A DNA stretch of 62,164 nt, the filler included. It is 15 parts of 15 records of this genome, joined end to end, with 100 filler letters (N's around TTAATTAATTAA, not from the genome) between each part and the next. Parts side by side here need not be neighbours in the genome. Positions count along the whole stretch, not along the records: positions 1 to 2,872 come from SRR9670534_18; positions 2,973 to 13,577 come from SRR9670534_21; 13 more parts are not named here. One strand, given 5' to 3'. Below are positions 1-11,399 of this stretch, piece after piece (position 1 is the stretch's first letter; each line of letters begins with the position of its first letter). The translations under genes were made by a program, and so were the position numbers. Under the pieces are notes generated by a model. It did not search any database and was not told the origin of the DNA. It was given only the letters and a program-made list of their open reading frames with translations.

Positions 1-244
1 AAAAAAAGAAAAATTAGCTCCCAAATCTAGCCAACCCGCAACTAGGAGTATACAGTATACAAAGAGAGATACATATGACTGACAAGTGTCTGTAGAAACT
101 ATGAAAATTAGTACCAATATTAATCCAATGAAAAAAAAAATAAGAAAAAAGATACAATAAACAGTCTTTGAAAATTATAATGAAAAGACTCTTACAGAGT
201 ATGTCAGGATTATCAAACAATCAATCAATGATTGAATTGGTCGA

Positions 245-1129
245 TTAGTAGGCCAAAGAAGTTTCTTCCTTGGTTTCCATGAAATCCATGTAACGAGGAT
301 ATTTGTTTAACCAGCTTGAAGGAGATTTCGTGTCACCAAAAGTTTTGGGGACATTCGTCAAGGTTGTGTTCAAATTAGCCAATTGGTGTTGATACCAAAA
401 TGTTGTCAGTTCAAATGGAACGTATTGCTGCTGCTGTTGATGCTGTTGCTGTTGCTGATAAAACTGCTGCTTCTGCTGTTGGAAAAGAACGCTCTTGGAA
501 GGTCCATGTCTACCTTCCTTTCTCAACTTGGTGCTGCCAAATTTGGTCTGAGCGAATTGCTCTGTCGTAAATAAAAGTTGCTGTTCCGTTGCTGCTGTGG
601 CAGGAGCGCTGCATGCTCGACCCAGAGGTGGAGGGGAATGTGTGGGTGAGCATAAATTGTTCATGGATCGAGATTTAAAAGCTGTGGCAACTTCCAAGTC
701 AGTTTCAACGGAACAGGTACTGCCTGACGTTTCAGGGGTAGACAGACTGTTGGTATTTTCTACATTTGTTGCACCTTGGTAAATTGGAAAAGATTTTGCC
801 ATGTCTCCAAATTGACATGTGACTTCTCCAGGGTCAATCCAGATAATTAAATCTTGCTGGGGTAGGGTATCCAGAAGTTCTGCTGGGTCCAGGCTTGCTC
901 TCTTTGCTGCATGTATAATGGTTGGGTCAATCTTGGTATCATTTCTGCTGATTCGAATGCTACGAAAGGCCTGGCCTCTGACTGGACTCTCTGGGTACCA
1001 GTGGCCATCAAATTTGTCCATGATACCGCGTTGAAGTTCTTCAGCAAAATGGTCCAAGCGTCTTCTTGGGAGTTTTCCACTCAGAAAGGTTAACAAAAAT
1101 GATATTCCGGATTGGATTTCTGTTAGCAT
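245..1129 (-). CDS. TOB: Tob/BTG antiproliferative protein (Tob-type), single coding exon
   Basis: N-terminal BTG domain (HWYPESPVRGQAFRSIRI, LIIWIDPGEV) plus the Tob-specific FTTEQFAQTKFGSTKL motif and a Q-rich tail. A likely 5'UTR GT-AG intron lies at 1143-1224. Confidence 0.93.
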   Translation of the reverse strand: MLTEIQSGISFLLTFLSGKLPRRRLDHFAEELQRGIMDKFDGHWYPESPVRGQAFRSIRISRNDTKIDPTIIHAAKRASLDPAELLDTLPQQDLIIWIDPGEVTCQFGDMAKSFPIYQGATNVENTNSLSTPETSGSTCSVETDLEVATAFKSRSMNNLCSPTHSPPPLGRACSAPATAATEQQLLFTTEQFAQTKFGSTKLRKEGRHGPSKSVLFQQQKQQFYQQQQQHQQQQQYVPFELTTFWYQHQLANLNTTLTNVPKTFGDTKSPSSWLNKYPRYMDFMETKEETSLAY

Positions 1130-2240
1130 ATTGGTTTGTTTCCTAAGGTGTACTTACTCTGTAGGTAATTTACATGTAGTAGTATAGTAGTAGGTTAGTT
1201 ACTATGTAGATTGGTGAAGCTTACCTTGTTGCAGAAAGGAAAATAGCATTTATAGTAAGAGATAGGTAAGCTGCAGCAGTTGTCTGGAACAACTAACAAT
1301 TATTAATAATAATGAAAATCTCCTGTAATACGTTTTCTTTTGTATTTGTTTGCCACCTCCATTGCTGACGTAAGCGCCGATGTTGCTGCTGCTGCTGCTA
1401 TTTCAATAGTATGGAAGTCAGCAGATGATTTTGTAATTATAAATCCACCCACCAGCCAGTTGTGGCGCATAAGTAGAGCAGGAATGACGTATGCACAAAT
1501 CCTTTTGTCGTCATCCAAGGGTAAGTACTGCTGCATATGATGGAAATCATCACTTATTAATAAGGAAGTACAGCCATGGATTTGTTTATTATTCAGTATC
1601 TTAGCTAGTAATATCTTTATTGATTGGTTCTTTATTAATAAATCACTAGCTTTTTACCAAAAATAGTGCCTACATCCCCCGCATTTGGGCAAAATACGTA
1701 GATTATGGTACACCCCATAATCAATGATGGCGTTTTATATGTACTAATTAGTAATAACAATCATATCCTCTAACACATCTAATAATATCTGACAAGAGCA
1801 ATATACCAAATGTGCTTGGATATTATTCCATAATTGGAATAAATACATACGTTTCATTGACGCTGTATTTACCGCCTTAGGTAGTGGGTATATTATTCAT
1901 TACCACCTGCACTCCTTGTGCTAGTTAGAACAGATATCCTAACTGATTATTCATCATAAGTTTGGAAAAACTAAAAATGCTTCATTAAAAATGTCTTGAT
2001 AAATTTAAAATGGCATTATTAAATAATTTTTCAAATTTTGAATACCTACTTATAAATTTTATTGTATTTTTAACAGATGTCAGTAACAACAATTCATCAA
2101 AAAAATAAAATTGCATGGTGAATATCATAATCCTGTAATATAAATACGTGGAATTATTTATTAAAGTATAATAATCCAAATATTGACCAGCACAATATTG
2201 TACCAAGAAAATTAACATTTTCAATTACTTGGTGGTCCCT

Positions 2241-2597
2241 TCAAGGTTTAATTATCAATGATGAAAGTAGCTCCTTCAGTTCACCAGATTTGTATAATTT
2301 TTCAGATTCATCTCCTCCACCAATACACCTTCCATTTATGAAAACCCTCGGGACGGAATTAACACCAGTAATTTCGTGCAAATATTTCTGAATATCAGAT
2401 CCGTCATTTCTCTCATTTAATTCAACAACCTTATATTGGGCTTGCACATTGTCAAATACCTCTTTAGCTTTGATGCAGTAAGGACAGTACGTCTTTGAAA
2501 ATATTACCACATTGTTCTTCTGAATGATGGCCTCCACAAAGTTTCTACTTGCCTTAACGGTCGAACATTTGAAAACTCTGCCTAGTCGTGTGCACAT
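2241..2597 (-). CDS. Dithiol glutaredoxin
   Basis: VVIFSKTYCPYC active site, SVPRVFI cis-Pro motif and CIGGGD motif. Confidence 0.93.
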   Translation of the reverse strand: MCTRLGRVFKCSTVKASRNFVEAIIQKNNVVIFSKTYCPYCIKAKEVFDNVQAQYKVVELNERNDGSDIQKYLHEITGVNSVPRVFINGRCIGGGDESEKLYKSGELKELLSSLIIKP

Positions 2598-2872
2598 TTC
2601 TTATTAATTACCACCTTTAATAATTAATGGTGTTTCCCCCATCACGCTAGAAACCTACAAAACAGGTCAATAACAAAGTATCTATCAAGGTCACTACATG
2701 AACATGATCAATAAAACTTAAAAATCAATAATATAAGTTTTAGATTTCCTACGCATAATAGCCAATAAAAACATTTTTGTCACAATATATAAAATCGGCA
2801 ACTGGCTACTTATTAAAATTAATAATAACTAGTGTTGGTCTGATAAAGTTTCGATACAAAACGCTTTCCATT

Positions 2873-2972
2873 NNNNNNNNNNNNNNNNNNNNNNNNNNNN
2901 NNNNNNNNNNNNNNNNTTAATTAATTAANNNNNNNNNNNNNNNNNNNNNNNNNNNNNNNNNNNNNNNNNNNN
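2873..2972. other. Artificial contig-joining spacer, first of 14 (others: 13578-13677, 17465-17564, 20298-20397, 24100-24199, 26585-26684, 30595-30694, 33373-33472, 40307-40406, 44568-44667, 47797-47896, 50646-50745, 56622-56721, 58850-58949)
   Basis: Identical 100-nt N-run/TTAATTAATTAA/N-run with stops in all six frames. Genes are cut off at these points. Confidence 0.98.
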
Positions 2973-3223
2973 ATTATGATCTTATTAAATTTAACCCGCA
3001 ATACAATTCGGATATCTTTTAATTTTCGCATTAATATATATAAGTAGGGTAGCACCTGTTATGTACTGATTTAGTCGTCGTTACACATATTGTAATAGGT
3101 GTCAGTATCATTGTTACTTTAACTTCAATTGAATGTCACTATTATGACTATTTTTCCTCTGTACGACAATCCTTACCAATCCTTGTTTAATGTTTTGTTT
3201 TAGACGAGCATATTCAAGTGGGT

Positions 3224-3487
3224 ATGCCATATACTTTGGTTAGCACGAAAATTCGCGTTGAAGATGGTCCAACGAACGTTGGTGACGAAACATCAGATCC
3301 AGAATTAATGTCATTTTTGAAAGCTGAAAAAAAGCAATTGCTTGGCAACAATTTTTATGAATACGTAACTCAATTGCGTCCAAGAGAGGTGCTTGATTTG
3401 CTGGAATCAAAAGGCTATAAAGTCATAGGTGTTACCGGTGTTGGACAGACGGTGGTATGGACACTCCATAAGCCCGGAATACTTTGA
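3224..3487 (+). CDS. GCHFR: GTP cyclohydrolase I feedback regulatory protein (GFRP), intronless CDS
   Basis: MPYTLVSTKIRVEDGPTNVGDETSDPELM...LGNNFYEY...TGVGQTVVWTLHK aligns end to end with animal GFRP. The ATG is at 3224. Confidence 0.95.
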   Translation: MPYTLVSTKIRVEDGPTNVGDETSDPELMSFLKAEKKQLLGNNFYEYVTQLRPREVLDLLESKGYKVIGVTGVGQTVVWTLHKPGIL

Positions 3488-3663
3488 AGTTTACTTTTAA
3501 TTGCTGTTTTTCGTTTTTAAATTTTATAGGATTTTTGTAGATTCTAACAATAAGTATATAACAAAGATTTTTTTATAACTAGTCCTTATTAACTTTGCAT
3601 TATTGATTAATAGATTGAGATGGCATAATGCAGAAAAGAACAGTAAGAATGAAACCTAAATAA

Positions 3664-6600
3664 ATGGAGATTAGGGAAACAGTAGCCTGTTGGGGATGTG
3701 GTAAGCTGGGACAAAATGGGCATGGAAGTGATTACAGCATGAAGTTCTCCGGAAAATGTGCTTTGCCAGACATACCTGGTAAAATCAACATCATGGCAGC
3801 TGGGTCCAGTCATACTGTTGTTGTCACAGGTACGCTTACCGAATATGTATGTTGGACGTTTCATAGACGTAGTTACTACTAGTATTGGGATATTATTTAA
3901 AATACTGTTCATTTTTGGCATATTCAATAGCGACATCTTATTGCTGCTTGACAATTATTATAAAATATTATTTAAATTGATTGTCATTTGCTGAATCACT
4001 GAAATTTGTTATGGGCCCTAAAACGTTATAAATCCTGCTAAGGTTGTTCATGTTTTTATTACGGTTTACAAGGTAAAAATTTTAAGTTTTGAAACTTTTT
4101 CATAAATTTGATAAAGTTTTGAAATTGTGAATTATAAACGTTAACTATAGATTAATTTTTACATGAATGAAAAATTAATCTATAGTTTTCATAATGATGT
4201 AAAGTTTAAATAAACATTCACAAGAAATTTAAACATTAGCTAAGGGTTTAGTGGTTATGAACAGTTGCCAAAGCTTGCTCTGCAGCTCAGTGCCGTTACA
4301 TTTAATTGGTTGTTTTAAAATAAGCCGTATATTTTTTCCATTATCTCATTAATTGCGGTCTTCGCTGGGATAATAGGTAGGATACCTGATCTTATCGCCA
4401 GAGGTCCAGTGATGCCAACCCTTCCATTACAATATATTATATGGTGTTTTTGTTTTGGGATGACGGTTAATTAGTGGCAACAATGAGGGTAGGTACCTAC
4501 GCAGGTTTTAGTGTTAGGTATCTGCTATATTCAGCAGCATTCAGCAGCCGTTAATTAAGGGATAATTTGCTCACTGATGTTTTGTGGATAGAATAAGTGC
4601 AGAGCAATGCTGTTTGGTGCCAGGCTGCCAATTCTGTCACCATTTCTGGCTTTGGGCCTTGTAACATGAACTATCTTCCCTTTTCCATATGTGCATTGCG
4701 TTATTAATAATAATCGTCAAGCCGCAGTAGGATTTACCATCCCACTGAAAAATAGATCCAAATTTGCCTTATATTTCTATTGTTATTAGGTAGTAAATGG
4801 TGTTCTTTGTTTAGATGTAGGACGGGTGTTTGTTTGGGGAAATGGAACCTGTGGACAGTAAGTGGTTTACAAGTACTAACAAGCAAAAATAGTGTTTTAA
4901 ATATGAAAGTGCATTATTAATAATTGACTTTGACAAATTTGCAAGGTATTTAAATTTTTCACATTGCTTGTTATTGTTAAACAGCGGACTCTTTTACGAA
5001 CATTGGAAAGTTGGGATAAAATTATCGTAAACAGTTAATGCAAGGGTTCTGTAGGAATTAACATTAATAAGTGCCGCTCGGTTAGCATTTTTCTCCATTT
5101 CACATGTATTAGAGAAGCATCCAAGTGGTCATCATAATTTTACATGACAACTCCTTGAGAGAGACCTGACCTGATCAGTTCATCACCAGGGCTTGGCATC
5201 TAATTTGTAGGGAACGAATAATTTGTCCAAGGGATAATAAAGCTAACAGAGAGGGTTAATATGCAGGACTTGATGCCACGTGGGACCTAATCTTAAATTA
5301 CCATGGATGCTGGAATGAAATTGAATTGACTTTGGTAATACGTCTACCATAATTGATGAGGGTGATCAACCCTTTTAGGGTAGAAGGCTTATTTGTGATT
5401 AGGAAGGCAGCCTGCTAGTGTTTCTAGCTGCCCAGTCTATGTACTTACATCAAATTCCACTAAAATACTTCGTTGGTACAGTGTTGTAGCTGTAATTAAT
5501 CGAGACCGACAGGGTTTTGGTAACAGTCCTGGTTGTGATAATTACTTGCTTCTTGGTGGTTGGCCTTTCTTTGTAACACCATACTCTAGTTCATTACACC
5601 ACATTAATAAATAACAGTACAAGTAATAAGTAGCAATCTTGATCATGATCCCAACCTTAGCTGGCAACTTGCTGCTCCTGGGGAGGTTTTAAAAACTACT
5701 CTCAAGGAAATTGATTTTACTACTTACATACCCTTTTTTGCTATGGAAAGAGAGAGGATTAAATAGTCAAAAATAATAAATACATTAGGAAAGGATACAT
5801 AGAACGAACCCACCTTGCTTCCATTTCACATGACCTTACACTTAGGCCTTGGCTCCCTATTCTTGTTTCCGTTCTTTCCAACCTTGCTTGAGAAAATGGC
5901 TTTTTTTCATTGTAGATTGGGTCTGGGAGATTGCCAAAATTACAGTACACCGCAAGAATTAGCAGTACCAACGAGGAACAATGGAGGAATTACATGTGTT
6001 AGCTGTACCTCTAATTGCACAATGATTCTTCTGAGAGATGGTACAATTTTGTGGTTTGGAATGAAATCGTGTGCAGACAGGAAGAGCAGCATCTTCCCGG
6101 GAAAGCCGCATCATGTACAGGTGCGTATTGAGGGACATAGGGCAGTTGGTTGACCTAACCTTTCATTGTCTTTTAATTTTGTTTATTAGGCATCACCCTG
6201 CATTTTGTCTGATCATCTGGGAATACGGTACAAAGTTGAAAAAGTCTCCTGTGGAAATCATCATTGTCTCATGTTGACATCTCAAGGATCAGTCTTTGCC
6301 TTTGGGTAAAATTTAATTAAATACATAAATATCGTATTGGAAAAGGTTTTCGGAATAAGATAACCTATTTATGGTTTTATAAAAATTATGAAATTTTTGC
6401 CTAAATTTAATTTTCATCTTAAGTCAACTTCAACTCCAAAATTTAATTCTCAAATTTAAAGTTATAATCACTAAATTCGTAATAAAAGGTTTTGATTAAT
6501 TTCAAGATTTTAAGTTTTTAAATTTTAATATTTCATTTTAATTTTTTAAATTTTAATTTTTTTAATTTTAAATTTTAATATTTATTTGCACACTTATCCG

Positions 6601-9600
6601 AGACAGCAACGCGACTACAATATAATCAGATTATCTATTCTATGGAAATTCTGAGATCATAGCAGATGTGCCACAATTATGAAAACTATTATTATAATTT
6701 TACATCTTATGTTTAATTTGATTTATCATATTTATCATCTTTATCTAGTTAACAATAATTATCAATGAAGCCCAAATCCAGGTAGGTATCATTGTTATTT
6801 TGTGAGAGTGAGATTGAGTGATTATTCTACAGTATTGTGGTGTTATGTTTTATATTACAACCCTATCCTTTACCCTTTTGCTGCTATTCTTTACTACTGA
6901 TAGTGCAAAGATAATGGCATTTGCATGTCATAAAACATGAACCCTGCCATAATTAGGATGCGCAGATTGTTACCTTTCAGTTTGAACCTGCTCCCCTCTT
7001 CCTGCTGTGATACATTATCAATATTGTTCATTCTATGTTCCAATCTTGCAGAAACAATGAATACGGACAGCTTGGATTTGGAAACAGAGATGATAGTACT
7101 GCACCAAAGGAGGTTGCAATCAGTCATAGTAATGGACTTAAAAGATGTACCATTAATACAATTTCTTGTGGTTCCTACCACAGTATGGCATTGTCAGGTA
7201 TGTAATGATAATACGGGTTGGCTTACAAATTAGGGACATTTTACTACATGATGTAGACAATGGACATCCATATATGTGGGGTCATGGCAAACCATGTGGA
7301 GATGAAAAATATGATTTTCTGAATCCTGTAAGGGTTGGTGATGGGCAACAGCAGCAGCAGAAAGAAAGAGGCGGCGATTTTTGCTCTTTCAAAGAACCTG
7401 TCATTGACATAGCCGGTGGAAATCATCATAGTCTGTTCCTCATTGGTATACCAAATACTTTGTTCTGTTAAATTCTTTAATAATTATTTTTGGTATCTTT
7501 TCAGAGGAATAATTAACCATAGCGTGTAATTAATCATAAGAAATACCATGTGTGTGTGAGATACTAAAGCCCCTGTCACTTAAGAGCGTGACAGAATTGT
7601 TTCGTGTGAGTTAAAAAAAGGGGAGAAAGAAAGACAAAAAAAACGTAAAAGTGAGAATATGATCATCCCATAGGAGTGCTGTCTGTAGTGGTATTTTTGA
7701 ACATATTCAATCAAAGGCCTTATTTAAAAATAGCAGGAACACCTTTCATTGTGCATAATAATGGTGCTATCGTTTGGAAAACGAGGGAGTCAGGGTGGGA
7801 GTTGGTTTCCTTCCGTTTTTAATTCAAGGCAGTTCAGAATGATGTGACTGGGTTGGTTGGTCTCTGCTACTTCGCTAATAAGATTACTTTATTATGACAT
7901 GGTGGTTGTGTGTACTACCACTACTATAAGGAAAAGTTTATTGTTAGTAATAGTGATTTCCATTTGTTTACAATGACATAAGCCAAATGTTAGTAGTTAG
8001 TAGTTAGTAGTGGTTGTGAGTGCTGTACTACGAGGTAGACAAAAAGGAACTTCTGTTCAATTAGAAAGCGAGTAAAGGAGCCATCCAATGGATTTGTTTT
8101 GTGTTTTTGTTCTAAAATGCTAACAGGTGCTCTCTGTCCATGAATGAAGTAGGAGTCATATTGTCAGTTGGAATTTCCGCAACAAAATAAAGCAAATGAT
8201 AACGACTTTTTATTATTAAAATTTTAATTGTATTTAACGGTTAATAAATTTTAACCTTTAAAGTTTGATAAGGTTTACTAAGGTTTTAATTATTCAAATT
8301 TATTAGCATCTTAAATTAATATGCTTTTTGTGTATTGTTTGTGGTTCTTTTATGACAATAAATGGTGACACGTGGTAGGTTTACACCTGTCAGCACGTGG
8401 TAGGTTTTCACCTGTCATTGACATACATAAAGAAGGCGTAATAGGTCATAAATTTATCCTTACATGACCCATGAAACTGCGGTAGCACACGCGCTTGATT
8501 GCATAACACATAACGTAATCCACAAGTAGTGCATTATTGTTAGGGCAATATCCAGACTATTAACTAGCTATAGTACTACTCATTCATTTGTATTTGGTCG
8601 GTTGAGTAGTTAGTTGATGCGATTAACATCTGTGGTCTGATTGATGTGTGTGTCCTTGCTTTTAACTTTTGGCATATGTAACATGTTGAGCAATATTTAC
8701 TTTCGGAGTTTGCTGCTACTGCCCCTACAGGGTCAGTCATCTTTATCATGGGGATGGACTAATGGCAGATGGTTTTGGGCACCAAAGTTGTTGACCTGGC
8801 GGGCAAGATGCTCTTTTCTCGCTCGCTTAACTTGGTCGGTCAGAACTCAGTCTACCAACCTAGTTAGTTAGGGTGCACTACAGTGAGTGACTTGTAGTAA
8901 GATTAGATATAACTTATTACCATTATTATTATGATTAAATAGGATTTAGGCTGACTGGGTTGGGCTAGTTGGGTGCATAGCTGAGAACCCCGCTTTGATT
9001 GCATTAACCACATTCCTGTATAATATGCAAATATGAGCAAAGGAAATAGGAATTCTGTTGCCTGATTAAATGCTTCATTAGCTAGATGTATGGTGTCCAA
9101 ATTCTAATTTATAGTTGGTCCCTTCTTTGTAGTTTCTGGGCAGGTTTGGGCTTTGGGGTATGGTGCAGATGGTCAATTGGGTCTTGGCAGAAGTATCAAG
9201 GTCTTGCCATCTCCCAGGCAGGTTCACATTCCTGATTCAGTGGTACAAATTGGGTGTTCAGAGTCATACAGTTTCGCACTTAGTGGTTAGTGAACACATT
9301 TCATAAATTTTATATAAATAATACACTTATTATTAATAATTAATAACAAATGTTGAAATATTAATAAGTAACATGTTGACATGTTATTTTTTAATGAATA
9401 AGAATAGGTTATTATAACTTCAGATCATGGAAAGCTATACCTTTGGGGCAAAAACAAATATTTGATTGGGGATAGAAGCGTTTATCAACCGGAACTTATG
9501 CCGATGTCCAAGAATATGACTTTGAAGAAAGTCTGTGCTGGTGCTTGGCACATGGTTGCAATTACAGGAAATCCAGGTAATTGTCTAGTACCAGTGGGTA

Positions 9601-11145
9601 AAATTATGAAAAGGTTTTGCTTTCAAAATGATGTGTCCATCCCATATCATTTACACAAATAAGCCCTAATTGCACCTTCATTTTTCTTGCTTACTTTATT
9701 CCAAGCCGTAACTGATACCCCAACCTACCCACAAAGGACTTTGCTTCTGACTTCACCCCACATTTAGCGTACATGCACCTAGGTCTGTAGTCAGGTAGGT
9801 ATCAAGTAATAATTATCCGCTTGATTTTTGCAGTTTTCACGTAATTTGAAGCGTAAATTACTCTTTGTGCTTTTTTATGCCTAATTTACAATTTTAAAAC
9901 AATTTGCATCACAATGACAAGCATACTTTTTTTGTAGTAAAGGTTCCTGAATTAATTATAAACAAGAGCCAACCCGAACAACGCTCAGATCATTTTCAAG
10001 TTAATTGCGGCAACCCAAAAGAGGTAGACATCGTAGTTCAGTAGCTAATAAGACGTTGCAGTTTGCTCTTTCAGCTGTCACTCCATGACATTTTCTAGGT
10101 TTCTTATGTCAAGTCAGAAAGACCCAGCTTGCTGGCCAGAGAACGTACCACACTAGCAGAATTTTATGCACCATCGCCTACACCATGTGATATTAATAAC
10201 TGTAGTCCCAGGTATCCTACGCCTCAAAACCCACTTTATGATGAGTCAGAGCAGCAATTCAAGGATGAGGAACATAAATCAGACACTATTGACAACAATA
10301 AAACCATCATTGACGCTAATAATAGCGGATTTGTGGAAAGACAGGATTCCTTTCCAGCACCCACATCCCTTACTGTTGTAAACAGCGTTGATGGTGGTGA
10401 TAATAATGGCGTTTATATTGACTTATCCCAAATGGATGATAGGAATGAAAGCAACACCACTAGTGATTGCATGACTATTAATAGTAATAGCGATACTACT
10501 ACAGATCAATTGCCAATCTTTTCTCAGGAGAATGATCTTAACAACAAAATGCAAACAAGAATGGTTCTACCACAACATAGCAACAAAACAATGCATAATT
10601 ATGGTAAGAAGGAACACTTTTCCTTGCCACATGTGATAGGTCCTGAGCTTAGTCCTGGTCTTATTAAGCAACGCTCAAATTTTCGCAAAGAAAAATGCCA
10701 AAATGTTTTTAATAAAAATAACAATAGTCGTAACCGAAGAACCAATGCACAGTATTCCATGATAGTGCCAACTTCTTTGACAAAAACGAAATCAGTTTGC
10801 TCAGACGTCCACCCAATTTTGTCAACCAATTGTTCCATCAAAAATGTACAGCTTTTGAAGCGAGATCTGACGACAATGGATGCTTCAGAACTCTATGGCT
10901 CTGAAAGAATTAGGCCAATTATGGGCAGATCTCATACCTTTCATACAACAAGAAATCAACCTTCGCACTCTACTCTCATTCTACCCTTTTCTGAAAGTAT
11001 GAAGCGCACTTTGATTTTTCCTGCTCCAGGAAGGAGCATGGTTCTCAAAAGGCCAAATGGCAGCAACAAAACCTATGGGGCTTCCGCTCCTGTACGCTTT
11101 TTCAAAAGGAATAATAATGCAATAAACTACTACTACCGCTTTTAG
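3664..11145 (+). CDS. RCC1-repeat (beta-propeller) protein with a long disordered C-terminal tail; exons 3664-3829, 4815-4857, 5916-6120, 6190-6305, 7052-7197, 7257-7445, 9133-9285, 9424-9576, 9938-10023, 10099-11145
   Basis: Repeated RCC1 signatures (VACWGCGKLGQNG, MAAGSSHT, VFVWGNGTCGQLG, VSCGNHH, FGNNEYGQLG, IAGGNHHS, VCAGAWH). All GT-AG junctions are phase-consistent. Confidence 0.88.
8369..8417. promoter_or_regulatory. Tandem 24-bp duplicated module CACGTGGTAGGTTT(A/T)CACCTGTCA (two E-boxes plus TGACA)
   Basis: Copies at 8369-8392 and 8394-8417 differ at one base and lie in a long intron. Confidence 0.5.
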
Positions 11146-11399
11146 TAAACACCTTTTGCCCTTTAATAACACCTTTAGCACCTTGTGAACATTATATTCA
11201 TATTAACACATATAATTTGTTACTATTAAATTGCCATAAGATTTATTTTTAATATGATATCATTACTACTGATACAACTGTTGCCCGTTATTTTTGTATT
11301 AATACGGATATCAAGTAGTCGGAATATCTTTTTTACTATGCCTATTTCTTACAATAGCTTTTTATTATATGCACATAAATGTGTTTTCTTCCCATAATT

